Source: Phoronis australis (Eukaryota > Animalia > Phoronida). Taken from it: a DNA stretch of 64,000 nt. Each line of letters opens with the position of its first letter. The stretch's first letter is position 1. The stretch covers positions 1,128,429 through 1,192,428 of the forward strand of contig NMRA01000011.1 of assembly GCA_002633005.1 (NCBI GenBank), read 5' to 3'. The notes under the pieces are model-generated. The model searched no databases. It saw only the letters and a list, made by a program, of their open reading frames with translations, and was not told the origin of the DNA. Of this stretch, positions 60,059 to 64,000 are shown in pieces. The position numbers were made by a program, and so were the translations under genes.

Positions 60059-61578
60059 ATATGCATACTCAACATTCAAAGTAAGACCGTGGCATTGCTA
60101 TAGATTGTTTTGATGATATAGAAGCACATGGTTCTTTGGATAAGTTTTTGGCGTTAAGCTTGCGTTCTTTCCAAGATATGTTCGACTATAAAGAAGTCAA
60201 TACTTCGTTGGTGTTACAATTACGAACGCCATCTTTTGCAACAAATTTTCTTGGCGTACTCTTGCTTTTGTTTTTTTTATTGCACATGCAGTTTAGGTAG
60301 TATTATCAGTCACTTTTACATGTTCACTTTCTTTTAAAAACATCAAGAATTGGTTCTACAGCGCAAATTCAAAATGACTAAAAATTTGAGAAAAAGTAAC
60401 AAATAAACTGGTGCGTGAAAAAAATTTACCCACCTTCGCAAAGTTTTTGTATTGCCTACTGCTGTTTCCAAATCCCAGTTGCACTGTTCTCAAAATAATT
60501 AGGGATTTAATTTTGTAGCTTTTAAGGTAATCTTAGAAGAATTCATGAATTGAAACAGACTCCATACTTTACGCATGAAAAAAGTGAAAGTGCTCTGTAT
60601 CCATTAATGATGGTTTGAGTCAAAACGAAACGTTTATGCGAGCGTGCGTGCGTGCATATATGTATGCAAAGCGCATAATGCAACGGTTACCCAATATTCG
60701 TTTTCGATCGAATACAACCGTCATCGTCAGAGGAAGGTATGAAAAAACTTGCAGAGACCCCTATCGGATACTACAGACTATAAACACGAAAGACAACGCA
60801 TACAATTTGAAGATGCGTTTTTGCCTTGTGTCTTGACAGTTCAAACCAAGCTTTCAAATTTAATCACCACTGCTTCTATCAGCTTAAGGCGTACAGCATC
60901 ACTCTCAACACATCAAACACAAGTGTGCTTAATAAGCTCGGCTCTGTCCACTTTCCTTTCGATTCAAAAGTGTTCTTGTATTTCCCCAAACTGAAGATGC
61001 AAAGTGGATAACGTCAACAGGAACTAGGAACCAGAGGAACGAGAGGGTTAGAAACATCAGAGGTACAGGGATAATTCTACACGACGTCAGGGATAGACTG
61101 CGCTTTTTGTGCATATTTTATTCACACAATTTCAAACTGATTGATTTTCTACATTTATAATATACATTGAATTTTCACTTTGGCTTTACAACCACGAGAT
61201 ATAATCTAGTTATTTAACATTCTAAGTAAAAGCGATAGGCGATGAGTACCATGGAACTTATTAACGAAGTGCTCATTTTTACATCACGTCACGCTTTCTC
61301 TAAAGAGCAAAGAGCTCATGAGTTCATTGACATGGCGGTCAATACAATGATTGCTGTTCCCATAGCTAACAAGCACTTCTTTGACTTTAGGCAATGTCCA
61401 CGTGGAGGGTTTTCTTGTTAACTGACATCTCAGACGAATAATTATTTTAACACCGAGCTATTCTTGAAAGAGCATCTGTCAAGGCATTTTTATAAGCTCT
61501 TTTCTTGATATATTTGTTGACATGAGTGGTATTAATGACACCTGTGTATCGCAAACCTACAGATGCTGATTGCTGACG

Positions 61579-61888
61579 TATGTCTCAGTGCTCACTGAGT
61601 TTCCCACTAGATATATGAAGTCTACAATAACTGGTTATGTCTCAGTGTTCACTTTTACCTCACTAGATATATGAAGTATGTGATATCTGGTTATACTTCA
61701 GTGCTCACTAGATACAATTTAGGTGAAGTCTGTGATATCTGGTTATATCTCAGTGATCACTGAGTGTCTCAATAGATATACGAAGTCTGTAATATCTGGT
61801 TATGTCTCTGTGCTCACTGAGTCTCACTAGATATATGAAGTACGTGATCTCAGTGCTCACTGAGTCTCTCAATAGATACATGAAGTCT
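61579..61888 (+). repeat. ~52-57 bp minisatellite, ~6 diverged copies, with an internal palindrome
   Basis: Consensus tatgtctcagtgctcactgagt(n)ctcactagatatatgaagtctgtgatatctggt. Palindrome ctcagtg-NN-cactgag. Confidence 0.9.
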
Positions 61889-64000
61889 TTGGACTTATCA
61901 AAAGCGCGCAAGTTTCAAAATCACGATTACACCGTTGCGTTTCCCTAAATGGTTCTTATGTTAAGTTGTTTTGGTTATGAACTAAGTCTAGTATATGGGA
62001 ACAACCTGAGACAAGGAGTTTCTTTTTCCATAAATTCAATATTACCGTTTGAATTACGTCACACCTAATATCTAAACTTGGATTTGCCTATTGTCTAATA
62101 AGACGTTATTTTGTAATTTGATGTCGCGCACTATTATCAAAAGCCAAAATAACAAAAACGTAACGCAAACTCAACATTTCTCAAACAAATTAATCTGTTA
62201 TTTAAAAAAACAAAATCTTATTTGAATGTTTTGCAAGTTAGTCAATACCGTAAAACATCGACTGCTTTACGGCTTTTTGACAAACCGTGTCGAAACCCTT
62301 TAAAATTTGCTTCTAACACACACACACTCGCACTTGCGCGCGCATACACACACAAACACACACACATATACAAGAATTGCAAATATGACATCGATTTTGA
62401 CTCAAGTAACCGTTAAATATTTTCTGAATTCATCCAGTCCGAGAGACAAGTCTATGAATTCGGCAACGGCGTTTTTCAGTCAGCCTGATTATCTCGTCGC
62501 GCGGCCATGTACTGTTACCATGTCTGCGAGTCACTTGGTAGCTAACGGGCAAAACTAACGTTCGTCACTGTAGGGATCTAACTCAATCATCACCGCCTCT
62601 CATGACTCCAATTTCAGCAGTTAAAGAAATGACATTTAAGGCCGAACCTTATACGTATCTGTGACAGTGATGTTAATCGTGTTCAACTTAATATTTGCGA
62701 TTCAATCAATCGCACCGTTTTTGACAGAACATATTCATTTACTTATTATACAGAGACCTAGCAATGGAATTTTTGTTCACGCTTTGTAAATATTTATAAT
62801 ACCAAAACAGTTTTTATACACCCAATGTATCAGTGAAACACGGGTGTTAAAATCTTTGTAAACAATGCATGTTAAGAATACGCCCAAACATATTTAATTC
62901 CTGTCTGCCTTATTTGTCCGTTATGCCGCTTCTAAGTATGAAGTCAAAACACTCGATGAAGCTATGTTCTTCAAGTTAAAAGCAAATCATTGTAAAAATT
63001 TGACCTCAGTCCTCATCTAAAACTGCAAACACGTCAACAAATATACGAATGCACCGAGACAGACTCATTTCGTCACATGACGCCATTTTGTTTCTGAGTA
63101 GCTCTCTAAATTTCTACACTTCCTTGATCGCTCAATATAGGAGCATGACTGAAAATTTGCCGTCAACATACGCATATAATTACAAAAATGAACAACCACG
63201 TGTGCACTGTTGCAAATTAGTTTACTAAATGCAACATTTCAACAAGCGTAACACTATGGACGATATCGAACATGTCTCTCAACAAATCTCCACTCGGCCC
63301 TTGGTTGAATTTTAATGCGTAGTCGATATTATGCCGCCAAGTGGCAGCCAGTCAAATTCCGTGCGCTCGGACACATCTCCCGGTGGTTACACAAAACAAA
63401 GCGCCATGATAAATTGGGGCGGCTTCAAACTCACTTGGAACGGCAAAGGATGATGGAGAATACGTGTGCTTGTTCGGTATGCTGGACGTAACTCGAAACG
63501 CTGATGAGCTTAACAATAATGAAATATACATAATTACCAAAGAAAGACAACGTAGCTGAGTCTCGCTAGATTTACTCGATTTAGAGCTACTTGGCCAAAC
63601 ATTTATTATAAATTCAAAATGAAATTCACGTGTTAATTAGATGGTGCAAACTGCCAAACTGTAGGATTTTCTTGCTTGAAAGGAACTTTTTCTCTTACTC
63701 TTACCCTTAATAGCCAAGTCCAATGTAACAATTTCCATGTATAACGATAGAATGTTCTAGAACTCAAAAGCTCCATAATTATGCAACATACGTATTCCAA
63801 ACTACGCATGCACTTTTGTATTTCAAAGCATTATGTTTTCTTTAAAGTACACATCTATTACCGTAGTTTGAGGAAATACAGAATTTCGCACAATCGTTGC
63901 TCGTCATGCAGGAAATACTTCATCAGCTGAGACAGACGCACCAGGTTAGCGTGCACTTCAATAGGGGTTGACGGGAAACGAGGGTCGGGGGGGGGGGGGG

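Noticed and set aside
61579-61888. CRISPR-like array (palindromic repeats)
   Set aside because: The intervening sequence is also repeated, so there are no unique spacers. There are no cas genes and the context is eukaryotic.

Overview
AT-rich, gene-poor, repeat-rich animal genomic DNA; the repeat types and kinase suggest a marine invertebrate, but the taxon cannot be fixed from sequence alone. There is one convincing protein-coding gene: an uninterrupted minus-strand SBK1/Meng-po-family Ser/Thr kinase ORF (30677-31729) with a CRE plus CCAAT element about 350 bp upstream. The rest is layered transposon debris: several MITE families with readable 5-bp and 9-bp target-site duplications (TSDs), TTAA-flanked Kolobok-like elements (two stacked at one TTAA inside another element), two THAP-domain remnants, a decayed Penelope-type reverse transcriptase, a 636-bp tandem duplication, hairpins and minisatellites. 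The most striking structure is a non-autonomous Helentron/DINE-1-like element (47726-50886, truncated copy at 6581-7281). Its internal ~130-160 bp tandem units form an A-B-C higher-order repeat, and each unit carries a co-oriented CTCF-consensus-like motif. All alignments were done by eye, so the boundaries of old repeats are approximate.
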